Position numbers and translations under genes: made by a program. Shown in pieces: positions 6,879 through 16,268 of a stretch of DNA of 63,121 bases (its first letter is position 1; every line of letters starts with the position of its first letter). The DNA is taken from the IMG/VR virus record IMGVR_UViG_3300032307_000691. The stretch is one strand, 5' to 3'. Origin of the DNA: a virus. Lineage: Duplodnaviria; Heunggongvirae; Uroviricota; Caudoviricetes. Below the pieces are notes generated by a model. The model saw nothing but the letters and a program-made list of their open reading frames with translations. It had not been told where the DNA came from and made no database searches.

Positions 6879-7628
6879 ATGAGAATAGTATGTATATCTG
6901 ACACTCACGGTCTCCACACAATAATGGAGCAATTCAAATCATTACCAGAAGGTGATATTCTAATCCACGCCGGAGATTGTACTAATGTTGGTAAACCACA
7001 TGAAGTAACTGAATTTGTTCATTGGTTTCAGAATGTAAAAGGTTTTGATACAAAAATCTTTATTGCGGGTAATCACGATTTCGCATTTGAAAAAGTAAAT
7101 GAACCACATCACAATGGTGATTTTGATTGGTTTAAAAATTTAATGAATGAAGAGAATTTATCTCAATCAGATGTTGTATATCTACAAGATAATGAATTTG
7201 TAATTGAATCTCCCGAATTTTCAAAACCATTAAAAATTTATGGTTCACCATGGCAACCTGAATTCTATAATTGGGCGTTTAATCTTCCAAGAAATGGATG
7301 GGAGTTGGAATTGAAATGGAAAGATATTCCTGAAGATACCGATATATTAATCACACACGGACCACCACATGGGGTTAGGGATTTCACACCAGCAAACTTA
7401 CAGGTTGGATGTGAAATATTAAGGTTTCACGTGGAAAATAGAATTAAGCCATCAATACATGTGTTTGGACACATCCATCAGGCGTATGGTGCAGTACAAC
7501 AAGATGAAACAATGTATGTAAATGCGTCAATCTGTACTGAAAGATATATTCCTTCAAATAAACCAATCATTATTGATATAACCGAGGAGAACGGAAAACT
7601 CATTGCTACATATGTCGAAAATAATTAA
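6879..7628 (+). CDS. Metallophosphoesterase (calcineurin-like)
   Basis: ISDTH, HAGD, AGNHD, ITHGPP, FGHIH motifs. Confidence 0.93.
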   Translation: MRIVCISDTHGLHTIMEQFKSLPEGDILIHAGDCTNVGKPHEVTEFVHWFQNVKGFDTKIFIAGNHDFAFEKVNEPHHNGDFDWFKNLMNEENLSQSDVVYLQDNEFVIESPEFSKPLKIYGSPWQPEFYNWAFNLPRNGWELELKWKDIPEDTDILITHGPPHGVRDFTPANLQVGCEILRFHVENRIKPSIHVFGHIHQAYGAVQQDETMYVNASICTERYIPSNKPIIIDITEENGKLIATYVENN

Positions 7629-8289
7629 CCCCGTAAGTGTGGTGATTTCAACAAGAGAGATTGTTGAATCACATATCAATAAAGTAAAGAAGAGTTTCTC
7701 ACATCCAAAAACAGAAATGTTGGTGTATGTAAATAATGGTGAGTATTCTCTACCTCAGATTTATAATAAAGGATTAGATGAATCCACAAATGACATTGTT
7801 GTGTTTATGCACGATGATATCGATATTGAAACAACCAACGTCACCGGTAAGTTAAATAAGTTATTTAACAACTACCCCGAATACGGTGTAATTGGATTAG
7901 CCGGTACTGATGAATTGGTTAGTGGTATGTGGTGGCAAAAACGAGAAAAGATGTTCGGTCAAGTAAAACATGAACATCAAGGTAAAGTACACCGCAATAA
8001 CTATTCTGGTACGTTTGGTGACGGTTTAAAGGATGTTGTGTGTGTTGATGGGTTATTCATTGCGGTACATAAAAAACGTATTAAAGAACGTTTTGATGAT
8101 GAGTTCCCCGGTTTCCATTTTTATGACATTCCTTTCTGTGTTTCAAATCATTTACAAGGAGTTAAAATTGGTGTGACCACCAAAATTATGGTCATACATA
8201 AATCAATAGGGGCGGTAGATAAAAAATGGGAAAAGAATAAATTATTCTTTGAAGCCAAATATGGGAACCATCTCCCCTTGACTATTTAA
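7603..8289 (+). CDS. Glycosyltransferase family 2-like protein
   Basis: YNKG, VFMHDD, VDGLF, FHFYD motifs. Confidence 0.8.
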   Translation: MLHMSKIINPVSVVISTREIVESHINKVKKSFSHPKTEMLVYVNNGEYSLPQIYNKGLDESTNDIVVFMHDDIDIETTNVTGKLNKLFNNYPEYGVIGLAGTDELVSGMWWQKREKMFGQVKHEHQGKVHRNNYSGTFGDGLKDVVCVDGLFIAVHKKRIKERFDDEFPGFHFYDIPFCVSNHLQGVKIGVTTKIMVIHKSIGAVDKKWEKNKLFFEAKYGNHLPLTI

Positions 8290-8335
8290 CCTTTTTAACG
8301 TATATTAATACATATTTATATATTAAAATCAACTT

Positions 8336-8557
8336 ATGAAAAAACTAATTGAAATCGTTAGACAATTTTTTGGTCTTGGTGCCACAGCGAAAGCTATAAC
8401 CACCGCAACCCAATTAAACGCGGAAATTAAAGAAGCGGTTATTGAGGTTGAACAAAAAGTTGAGGAGGTTAAAAAGAAGGTTACGAGAAAGAAATCGGCA
8501 CCTAAAACTGAAACTAACGAAAAACCAAAAAGAGGTAGAAAGCCGAAGCAACAATAA
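8336..8557 (+). CDS. Small basic protein with AT-hook-like tail
   Basis: C-terminal KPKRGRKPK; upstream TATTTATA. Confidence 0.65.
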   Translation: MKKLIEIVRQFFGLGATAKAITTATQLNAEIKEAVIEVEQKVEEVKKKVTRKKSAPKTETNEKPKRGRKPKQQ

Positions 8558-8591
8558 TTTTTATTATATTTGCATCGTTCTTTGAAAATAT

Positions 8592-9004
8592 GGGGATGTC
8601 ATGGTATCGATTGGCGTTGATATTGTGAATGGGCACGTAGTCGGACTTCATCTACGACTTTAATCTACGGTGGAAAATTTCAAACGGCAACGTTTACAAC
8701 AACATGGAAGTAGCAGGTCTTCTTGCGACTTCTAAAGTAGCAGCCTAACCAAGTTAGGTTCTACAACGGGTCGACGAGCGTGTAACCTTGGAACAGAAGC
8801 TCTTACGGTGTGGTACCTACCCAAAAAGGTACAAACGGTCTTGTTCAGAGGGCTACCGTAAAAAAAGTGAACTCGACACAGTTATTGGTAACGATGTCAA
8901 AATAGGAACCAAATATTTGTCAGTTGTGAATTAACTGAATAAACGTGTAGTCCATTTATGGTATGGCGAGCAAGACACGGGTTCGACTCCCGTCATCTCC
9001 ACCA
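8592..9004 (+). ncRNA. ssrA: tmRNA; tag reading frame GNVYNNMEVAGLLATSKVAA* (8686-8748)
   Basis: GGGGATG/CATCTCC acceptor with G3-U70, T arm GGGTTCGACTCCC, 3' ACCA, tag ending in AA; promoter 8565 and GTTCTTTGA 8577. Confidence 0.95.
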
Positions 9005-9011
9005 AAAAAGA

Positions 9012-9035
9012 AACCCCTCAATAGAGGGGTTTTTT
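9012..9035. terminator. Bidirectional intrinsic terminator
   Basis: AACCCCTC-AATA-GAGGGGTT with A/T runs. Confidence 0.8.
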
Positions 9036-9188
9036 ATTTTAAACCGTTGGTACCCACATAAACGAACAAAGGAGTCGATTAAGACCCCTTTGCCGAGATG
9101 TTGGATACCTCCTTTCGTTTTAGTTTTAGTTATCATCTGTGGGCGACCAAACCAACAGACTCTACTAATAAATATCAGAAAGTATCAA

Positions 9189-10091
9189 TTAAGTATACAT
9201 GTTGGCGAACAATTTTAATGTTCTTAAACCCATTACTCCACCCAGCAAACTTCCTGCAGTGCCCATGGCATTTTCACCACTTTCTTGTCCTTGGAAATTT
9301 GCCTCTGAAGAATTTTGTGCGATATATGAACTCATCGTTGGGTCATTAGCCACTTGTTCTCTGAATTTCTCATCATTCGCCATTTTTTCTTCAAAAGTTG
9401 TGAGTGACGGAATACCAAAGGTTGCTAATAAATTGTTTGCCATTATAAATTTTCTAAAAGAATTTCTCCTATCCTGTCTTGCGGCAAACGGAATCCACCA
9501 ATCTTTTACAAATTTTGACGGCATTACACCTCTTTTTGCGACGTATTTTGATAACCTCTCTCCTTGATAGAATCCTTTTAATCCTGACCTAAATGTTGTT
9601 GCAGTTGCTGCTGATTTTAATGCTGCTACAGGTTTTACTTTTGTTGCTAAACTACCTAAATCACCGAGAGCACCTTTTAATTTACTACCCCATGATGTGT
9701 TAATTGATGTAAGATTATCCAATGTTTTTGTAACACCCGGATGGTTCAATCCTTTCATTGCTTTTTGAAATTCTGCCGCGACTTTCGGATTTGATGTTAG
9801 AACCTTCGCTAAATCGTCAGTACTTTTAAGTACGTTCTTTCCTGCACCTCTTAACATTTTGATTAGTGGTTTAACAGTAAAATCACCAACTACAGGTACT
9901 AACGCAATTAACATCAATGCAGCGTAAAGTTTCTCACCTTTAACCAAATAATAAATTATCAGAGCGATGTCTGCTAATTCACCAATAACAGGAACGAACC
10001 CTGCCGCCATTAACACATTTTCCCAACTTAATAAAGCTTCATTAAGTTGTTGTTTTTTATTCTCTAATAATTGTTGTTTTGTTAGTTCCAT
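9189..10091 (-). CDS. Putative virion protein with pre-toxin TG-like hydrophobic region
   Basis: AGFVPVIGELAD...ALVPVVGD. Confidence 0.6.
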   Translation of the reverse strand: MELTKQQLLENKKQQLNEALLSWENVLMAAGFVPVIGELADIALIIYYLVKGEKLYAALMLIALVPVVGDFTVKPLIKMLRGAGKNVLKSTDDLAKVLTSNPKVAAEFQKAMKGLNHPGVTKTLDNLTSINTSWGSKLKGALGDLGSLATKVKPVAALKSAATATTFRSGLKGFYQGERLSKYVAKRGVMPSKFVKDWWIPFAARQDRRNSFRKFIMANNLLATFGIPSLTTFEEKMANDEKFREQVANDPTMSSYIAQNSSEANFQGQESGENAMGTAGSLLGGVMGLRTLKLFANMYT

Positions 10092-10092
10092 T

Positions 10093-10710
10093 TTAGTGTA
10101 TCATTTGACATATTTTATCCGAAATAGCATTACCAACATTGGTACTTCTTAGTACTTCACCAAAAAGGTTACCAGATGCTGTTGTTGCTACACCTTGAAC
10201 ATTAAAACCATAATTACTTCTGTCTGTTCCTGTCGCTTCTGATGCCAAATATCTCACTAATGCTTCAAGTAATGAATTAACAAGTTTCGGCATGTGACTA
10301 TTACACATCTCGGCATTTTTAAATGGTTTTAATAAGTCCAACGGATTATAATCGGCAAACACTTGTGCTGCGGTTATTGAGAGACCTTTATTAACACCAA
10401 ATACATTACTTAGAATATACTCAATTGCATATTCTTTTAAACCCGAAATCATCGTATCACCCATCAAACCTTTCCAATCGAGATTTTTTAAATCCTCTCC
10501 ACTGGTTGGTATATTAAGGTCCGCCTCATTTAAATGATTTATTATCTCATTTGGAGTATAACCTTCATCTAATAATTTAGTGGTGATTGAGACATAGTTA
10601 ACAGTAAAGAAGTCATAATCTCTAACATCCTCTAAAATAGAAAACGACTCCTCGAGTTTTCTTTTACGTTCTTCGAGGAGTGTTTCTTTTATTTTGGTTT
10701 TTAATTCCAT
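10093..10710 (-). CDS. Hypothetical protein
   Basis: 205-aa ORF in a tight operon. Confidence 0.75.
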   Translation of the reverse strand: MELKTKIKETLLEERKRKLEESFSILEDVRDYDFFTVNYVSITTKLLDEGYTPNEIINHLNEADLNIPTSGEDLKNLDWKGLMGDTMISGLKEYAIEYILSNVFGVNKGLSITAAQVFADYNPLDLLKPFKNAEMCNSHMPKLVNSLLEALVRYLASEATGTDRSNYGFNVQGVATTASGNLFGEVLRSTNVGNAISDKICQMIH

Positions 10711-10712
10711 TT

Positions 10713-12518
10713 TTACTTAGTTGGTTCTTGAGTTACACCTTTTGGAGTGGTAGTATCCTCTTCTTTATTTCTCTTGAAAATAATTTTATCACCTTTTCTG
10801 TAATCAAAATTATCTCTTGAAACTCTATAACCCATTTTTGTCATGTGAGATTCAAGTTTTTCTCTCTCTTCTTTTGATAAATCAGGTCCTTTGTAAACGA
10901 TTCTTCTACCTCTTAATCTACCTACAAGAGTTTTAGCTTTCACTAATCTCGCGTAAAGGTCAGAAGGTGTTTCTCCTGTGACACTAACTGTTGTGGTTTT
11001 AGTATCGCCTGAAGTTATTCCTGATACAGTTGTTGTGGTTTTAGTATCACCTGAAGTTGTTCCTGATACGGTTGTTGTATTACCTGATGTAGAACCACCT
11101 TGTCCTCCTTCACACTTCTTAATTATCTCATCATATTTTTCTTTTGTGACCTCTTTCAATCCACCAAGAGCTTTCATTGTTATTGGACCATAGTTACCTG
11201 TTTGGTATTTACCCGGTAAACCAATACAAACTTGAATCTTCTTAATTTCCTCACCTTTACAACCATATGTTAATGGGAAACCTTTACATTCGGTATAAGT
11301 GATGGTAGTACCCGTTTCTGTTTGAGTATTACCTGTCGGTACCGGTACCGGTTTCTCACCCTTATCATCCCAAGTAATTGTGATGTTTGATGCTTGTTCG
11401 GTAATTTCTTCCTCAGAAACTTGTAATTTTCCTGATTTACATGCGTATGAACCACTCATAGCGTTGTCCATTGTCCACACTCTATTATTAGGATAGAATT
11501 TAAGACCACCATGACCTTTTGATTTTTCATCAAACTCATTTTTGGTATAAATCATTGCTTCACCATTACTTGTTGCCCCCCATTCCATTCCTTCAAGGTT
11601 AACAACACAATCAGGCATTACACCACCTTTATCGTCGTCACCAAATAATGACTTTAAGATTTCGATAGTTCCCCATCCCGCTAAACCGTAAAGAATCATG
11701 TTCTTCCAATTAAGTTTTGATTTAATTGCTCTTAATTTTTCAAACATGTTCGGAGTATACTTTTTAAGGTATTCACTACCCTTGAGGAATTTATCTTTCC
11801 ATCTTGCTACCAAACCTTCACCACCATCGATGGCTTTCTTAATTTGATTACTTGCCTCTGCTCCTGATTTAACGTTTGTTTCAACCGCCTTTACCTCAGC
11901 AGATGCCCCTTTCATACCTTTTGCTCTATTAGCGATTGCTTTGTCTACCGCTCTTTTACTAACACCACCGGTTCCTGCAGCGTCTTGAGCCGCTTTCTTT
12001 AACATTTGCTCGGCTTCCTTACCTTCAATACCCATCTGAGAAAGAGTTTTCTTAGCGATTTCCATTTTTCTCGGGTCTGCGGGATTTAAAGTGCCTTTAG
12101 GGAACACTTGTTTTGCGATTTCGGCAAATTCAGGTTGACCTCTAAGAAGACCTTTCATCTTCATTGCCAACTCAGGTGAATTTTTGATTGCGAATTTCAC
12201 CAACTCAGCAGATTGTGTTGCACCAATTTTTCCCGCTTCAGCAGCAATTTGGAAATCTTTAAGTGTTTTATATTCAGCACCGATTGTTGGGATTTCAGTT
12301 TTGATTGTTTGCCATAATGCCTTTTCTTCACCAGCAGCTCTTGCTAATGTTTTAATTGCATCTTGGAACATTTTTACCTGTTCGTCAATTGGTTCTTCTG
12401 TTTCTTGAACCTCAATCTCTTGAACTTCTTCTTCATTATGAATCTCTTCGGTTTTTGGTTGAACCGATTCCGCCAACGTGATGAACTTTCTTATTAATTT
12501 CGCGTCTTTGTTTTCCAT
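10713..12518 (-). CDS. Large putative virion protein with peptidoglycan-binding-like domain and Thr/Ser-rich repeat
   Basis: GCKGEEIKKIQ...GNYGPITMKAL; repeated KTTTTVSGxTSGDT. Confidence 0.65.
   Translation of the reverse strand: MENKDAKLIRKFITLAESVQPKTEEIHNEEEVQEIEVQETEEPIDEQVKMFQDAIKTLARAAGEEKALWQTIKTEIPTIGAEYKTLKDFQIAAEAGKIGATQSAELVKFAIKNSPELAMKMKGLLRGQPEFAEIAKQVFPKGTLNPADPRKMEIAKKTLSQMGIEGKEAEQMLKKAAQDAAGTGGVSKRAVDKAIANRAKGMKGASAEVKAVETNVKSGAEASNQIKKAIDGGEGLVARWKDKFLKGSEYLKKYTPNMFEKLRAIKSKLNWKNMILYGLAGWGTIEILKSLFGDDDKGGVMPDCVVNLEGMEWGATSNGEAMIYTKNEFDEKSKGHGGLKFYPNNRVWTMDNAMSGSYACKSGKLQVSEEEITEQASNITITWDDKGEKPVPVPTGNTQTETGTTITYTECKGFPLTYGCKGEEIKKIQVCIGLPGKYQTGNYGPITMKALGGLKEVTKEKYDEIIKKCEGGQGGSTSGNTTTVSGTTSGDTKTTTTVSGITSGDTKTTTVSVTGETPSDLYARLVKAKTLVGRLRGRRIVYKGPDLSKEEREKLESHMTKMGYRVSRDNFDYRKGDKIIFKRNKEEDTTTPKGVTQEPTK
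10980..11090 (-). repeat. ~42-bp coding tandem repeat (Thr/Ser-rich linker)
   Basis: GTTGTGGTTTTAGTATCRCCTGAAGTT repeated. Confidence 0.85.
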
Positions 12519-12533
12519 TTTTTTATTTTTAAT

Positions 12534-13820
12534 TTATTGATTATCTAAAGCTTTCATTTGTGATAATGCGTCACCAAGAGATGATGATGCGGTTTGTTGT
12601 AACATCTTTTCATCGGATGCCACTTGTATAATTGCTTGTTTTGTTTCCGCACCTTGTTTTGCAGATTGTTTTTCACCATATGATTTGGCGATTCCTTCAA
12701 TCCCTTTCATTGCCCCATGAGTGGCTAATCCCCATGTTACACCTTTTTGTGCTGCTTTACCTAATGATACAGGTCCTTTACCTTTTAATGTAGCCTTTGC
12801 TGGATTAATAATATCGGTTTTAACTCCCTGTTTAATTGTTTTACCTAAACCAGGTCCTGTAGGTTTTACTGTTTGTTCTAACTTAGCAAATACATCCTTC
12901 ATTCTTGATTTAGCAACGTTAATTGCTTCTAGTATCTTACCCCCACCAAAAACTTTAGCCAACCATTCAATTGGTTTAAGAATTGCATTCATTATAAAGT
13001 TTAAACCTTTACCCAACAATTGGATAATGGGTTTAATGATTGGTGAACGAGCAATTTTACTGGTATCTCTACCAAGAGCTTTTAATCCCGCCTTCAATCC
13101 CTTAGCGGCTCCTCCCGTGAATACTAAACCCACGAGACAAATCGCAATATCTAAGTAAGACCAAATATCATTTGGTATCTGACCACTAAATAATTGGTAA
13201 ACTTTCCATATACCTAGAGCTCCCCACACAACCGCAGTTGCGATTTTACCAATACCAATTGCGGTTAATGCCACATCAATACCGATACCTACGGGAGACA
13301 AAAGAAAACTTTCTAATTTTTGGAAAAACCAAGGAAGACCTTTATTTAAAATCCAAGAACCGGCTTGTTTTAATTTATCACCAACCCAAGAAGCCCCTTT
13401 CTTAACCGCTCCCCACGCATCATCTAACCAACCTTCAATTAATTCGGTTGGGGTGATTGGGAAAACGTTTATCATTTTTGTTTTAACAAAATCCCATGAT
13501 TCCTCAATAATTCTGTATGTTCCGTAATTAAACTCTTCCGAACTTTCAGAAATTAAATTCATACCATATCTAACCTCATATTCTGAAACCAAATCTTTAT
13601 CGTGGTTGATTAAAGGGTAGATTAATTCTTTCATTTTTGAAAACAAATCATTTGTTTCCATTAATTTAAATTTGTAACTGTGAGTAAATTGACTTTTAAA
13701 CATCTCACAGACCACCGCGGGGTGAGCACTGTCAATATTGAATCTTAAACCCGACTCCAGATTAACCAACATGTTCTCATGCTGTATGTACTTTCTATCT
13801 ACACTAAGGTTAAAACTCAT
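12534..13820 (-). CDS. Putative membrane-active virion protein
   Basis: Gly/Ala/Lys amphipathic and hydrophobic helices. Confidence 0.6.
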   Translation of the reverse strand: MSFNLSVDRKYIQHENMLVNLESGLRFNIDSAHPAVVCEMFKSQFTHSYKFKLMETNDLFSKMKELIYPLINHDKDLVSEYEVRYGMNLISESSEEFNYGTYRIIEESWDFVKTKMINVFPITPTELIEGWLDDAWGAVKKGASWVGDKLKQAGSWILNKGLPWFFQKLESFLLSPVGIGIDVALTAIGIGKIATAVVWGALGIWKVYQLFSGQIPNDIWSYLDIAICLVGLVFTGGAAKGLKAGLKALGRDTSKIARSPIIKPIIQLLGKGLNFIMNAILKPIEWLAKVFGGGKILEAINVAKSRMKDVFAKLEQTVKPTGPGLGKTIKQGVKTDIINPAKATLKGKGPVSLGKAAQKGVTWGLATHGAMKGIEGIAKSYGEKQSAKQGAETKQAIIQVASDEKMLQQTASSSLGDALSQMKALDNQ

Positions 13821-13860
13821 TATTTTTCTTGTTTACTATATAAATATTCCGAATTTTTCT

Positions 13861-14106
13861 TTATTTCAATGGATTGGCTTTACCTCTTTTAAGAAGTGAA
13901 CCCACAATATCAGACCATTTAGTTACCCCAACTTGATTTGCGGGTCCCCTTGTAACTCCCGATTCCCATTTCCCAACCTCAGGATAACCTTGTTTTGCAC
14001 CCGTACTACCAGTTCCCGCACTCGGTGCCGCCGCTGCTGGGTCCGTTTGTTCTTCCACGTCCCCAACAAGTAGTTTATACTGCTTTTCTGAGATTATAAT
14101 TTTCAT
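13861..14106 (-). CDS. Small protein with N-terminal IISEKQY motif
   Basis: ORF with upstream TATTTATA. Confidence 0.7.
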   Translation of the reverse strand: MKIIISEKQYKLLVGDVEEQTDPAAAAPSAGTGSTGAKQGYPEVGKWESGVTRGPANQVGVTKWSDIVGSLLKRGKANPLK

Positions 14107-14190
14107 ATTTCTATAAATACCAAAAAAAATGTTTAAAATATATTTGGTATATTCGAAAATATACTTAATTTAGCCCTAAAATTGAATCTT

Positions 14191-14748
14191 ATGAGAGTGT
14201 TTTTAAGTATTTTGTTAGTAATACTTTTTGCGGGATGTGAGAAGTATGAAAGTCCGACATATCCACAACTAAGTGGAAGGTGGGTTATTGATGGTGTATC
14301 ATTTCCTAATTTGGGTAACAATAGCCAAATTCTCTTATCAGACACCATTATTCTATCACAAAGAGTCTTAACACACATTGATAGTAATGGTGTTGGAGTA
14401 TTCACTCAAGATTGGGAAGATGAGTCAATTCCATGGTTCGATAAGTTTGTGATTGGAACAACCGTATGGGAATTTGAAACTGATTTGGTTGGGATACCTA
14501 CAACATTAAATTCAGGAACAAGCGGATACTCTGATTGGAGCTATTACTCCCTTTCACCTGATTTATATGATAGGGATTATTGGAGTCATTTAACTATACA
14601 TTCAAGTAAATCTCGGAACATCAACATAACCCAATATGGTTTAGAAACTATGACACTTACATTCCCAAAGGTTTGGACAATGTATCGTTATAATGGTCAA
14701 ACTTATTTTTTAGAGGAATCGGTTAGGTTGGTCTTAAAAAGACAATAA
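14191..14748 (+). CDS. Putative lipoprotein
   Basis: Signal peptide with LFAGC lipobox. Confidence 0.7.
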   Translation: MRVFLSILLVILFAGCEKYESPTYPQLSGRWVIDGVSFPNLGNNSQILLSDTIILSQRVLTHIDSNGVGVFTQDWEDESIPWFDKFVIGTTVWEFETDLVGIPTTLNSGTSGYSDWSYYSLSPDLYDRDYWSHLTIHSSKSRNINITQYGLETMTLTFPKVWTMYRYNGQTYFLEESVRLVLKRQ

Positions 14749-14749
14749 T

Positions 14750-15118
14750 TTATTCGTCATAAATGGTTTCATCCATTTTTGAGAACATCTTGATATATTG
14801 TCCCGCTTTTGCGTTTGCTTCATCTTCGATTTCGCCACCGATATCTGGTGGTTTAACCTCTAATCGACCTTGTTCATATTGTTTGTGATGGACCATCTCA
14901 TGTGCAATACTTCTCATGATATCAACCAACGCCCTATTCTTAGCATTGATTCTAATGATTTTATTGTCTTTTGAATAATCGTAGTGGGCGGTTGTTTTTA
15001 AATCCCCCCTACCATTCTGCAAGACAACTGTAGGACACTTTTTCAATTCAAGTTCCTTCTTAACGAATTTTACGAATTCGGTTATCTTACTTTTCTTATC
15101 TTCATTTAAAAATTCCAT
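14750..15118 (-). CDS. HExxH zinc metallopeptidase-like protein
   Basis: SIAHEMVHHKQ...EDEANA. Confidence 0.7.
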   Translation of the reverse strand: MEFLNEDKKSKITEFVKFVKKELELKKCPTVVLQNGRGDLKTTAHYDYSKDNKIIRINAKNRALVDIMRSIAHEMVHHKQYEQGRLEVKPPDIGGEIEDEANAKAGQYIKMFSKMDETIYDE

Positions 15119-15179
15119 CTATTATAAATATCTCGTTATTATATATACAACTTATTCTTTTTTTAGTATAATTACCAGT

Positions 15180-15509
15180 ATGATGGACTGGTACATAATC
15201 CAATATCTCTATCCAAATGCAATGGGGCGTTTTTGTGAAACAATGTTCCCAAATCTTGGTGTGCCCTGTGTATCTGTCTTAGAATTTTACGACATCAAAA
15301 AATTATATAGCTTCTTTGATAAACAAGGTATATACCTCACTGTTGAGATGTATACGAAAGATGCTTGGGTCTATACTGTGTCATTTGATGATGGGAGAGT
15401 TATAGCACCGTCACAAGATTCAAAAAGAAGAAGAGAAGATATCGAAAGTGAAGGGTTTGAAGAATGTTTTAGATTGTTGGAGAAGAAATTAAGAAATACT
15501 TATTGGTAA
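15180..15509 (+). CDS. Hypothetical protein
   Basis: 109-aa ORF. Confidence 0.7.
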   Translation: MMDWYIIQYLYPNAMGRFCETMFPNLGVPCVSVLEFYDIKKLYSFFDKQGIYLTVEMYTKDAWVYTVSFDDGRVIAPSQDSKRRREDIESEGFEECFRLLEKKLRNTYW

Positions 15510-15829
15510 TGGAGGAGAATTTTTTATTTTTATTACAAACTGCAAAGTTGATAAAAAGTGGTAACTACGATGATGATGATATTGATTTTATAAATGAATT
15601 GGTATTAAGCATTGACAATGACTTACTTATTGATTATAATAATACTACCACAATTAAATCGTTAGGTAATGATTTAGATTTTTATAATAAAGTTGTAAAA
15701 TTTCTAATAAGTTATTTTGAGGATAATGAGGAATATGAAAAATGTTATTTCTTAAAGAAAAAACTTGACGAGTCAATTGACATAAAATCTAAAAACTATA
15801 TCGAAAATGAGTCTATTAAAAATGTCTGA
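15503..15829 (+). CDS. Hypothetical protein with UVR-like C-terminal helix
   Basis: EDNEEYEKCYFLKK. Confidence 0.65.
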   Translation: MVMEENFLFLLQTAKLIKSGNYDDDDIDFINELVLSIDNDLLIDYNNTTTIKSLGNDLDFYNKVVKFLISYFEDNEEYEKCYFLKKKLDESIDIKSKNYIENESIKNV

Positions 15830-15953
15830 AGAGGAAAAAAAGAAAATCCTCGAGAAACACAAGGAAGCAACGAAAAGTCACAACGACAAAAAAGAAGAAA
15901 TGAAAAAAGGTGTTCAGGCACCTAAAAAAGAAGACGAAAAAAAACCCTCTTAA
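15807..15953 (+). CDS. 48-aa charged protein (MSLLKMSEEEKKKILEKH...)
   Basis: Manual translation; below ORF-track cutoff. Confidence 0.55.
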   Translation: MSLLKMSEEEKKKILEKHKEATKSHNDKKEEMKKGVQAPKKEDEKKPS

Positions 15954-16186
15954 TCGGAGGGTTTTTGTTTTTTAGTTAAAACTCGTGACAAGACAATATA
16001 AGACAACCAAAAACACCCTGAAATAAAATAAAAAATAATATCTGCAGCCCAATACGAGCCAGTGACTTCCATCAATAACTTGAAGAGGGCGTCGTATCCA
16101 AAGGGGAGAAAGAACATCGCTAACATTAGCGAGGTATCTCTGTATAAGACTAGTCTTTTTTCTTTGTCTTTCAGTTTTACTATCAC
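15950..16186 (-). CDS. Small two-TM membrane protein
   Basis: Two hydrophobic segments. Confidence 0.6.
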   Translation of the reverse strand: MIVKLKDKEKRLVLYRDTSLMLAMFFLPFGYDALFKLLMEVTGSYWAADIIFYFISGCFWLSYIVLSRVLTKKQKPSD

Positions 16187-16268
16187 CGTCGGGGTCCATG
16201 TATTAACATTAAAGAATTTATGGTCTATTAATCCTAAAATAGGATTATCCGTAATCTATTGATAAATA

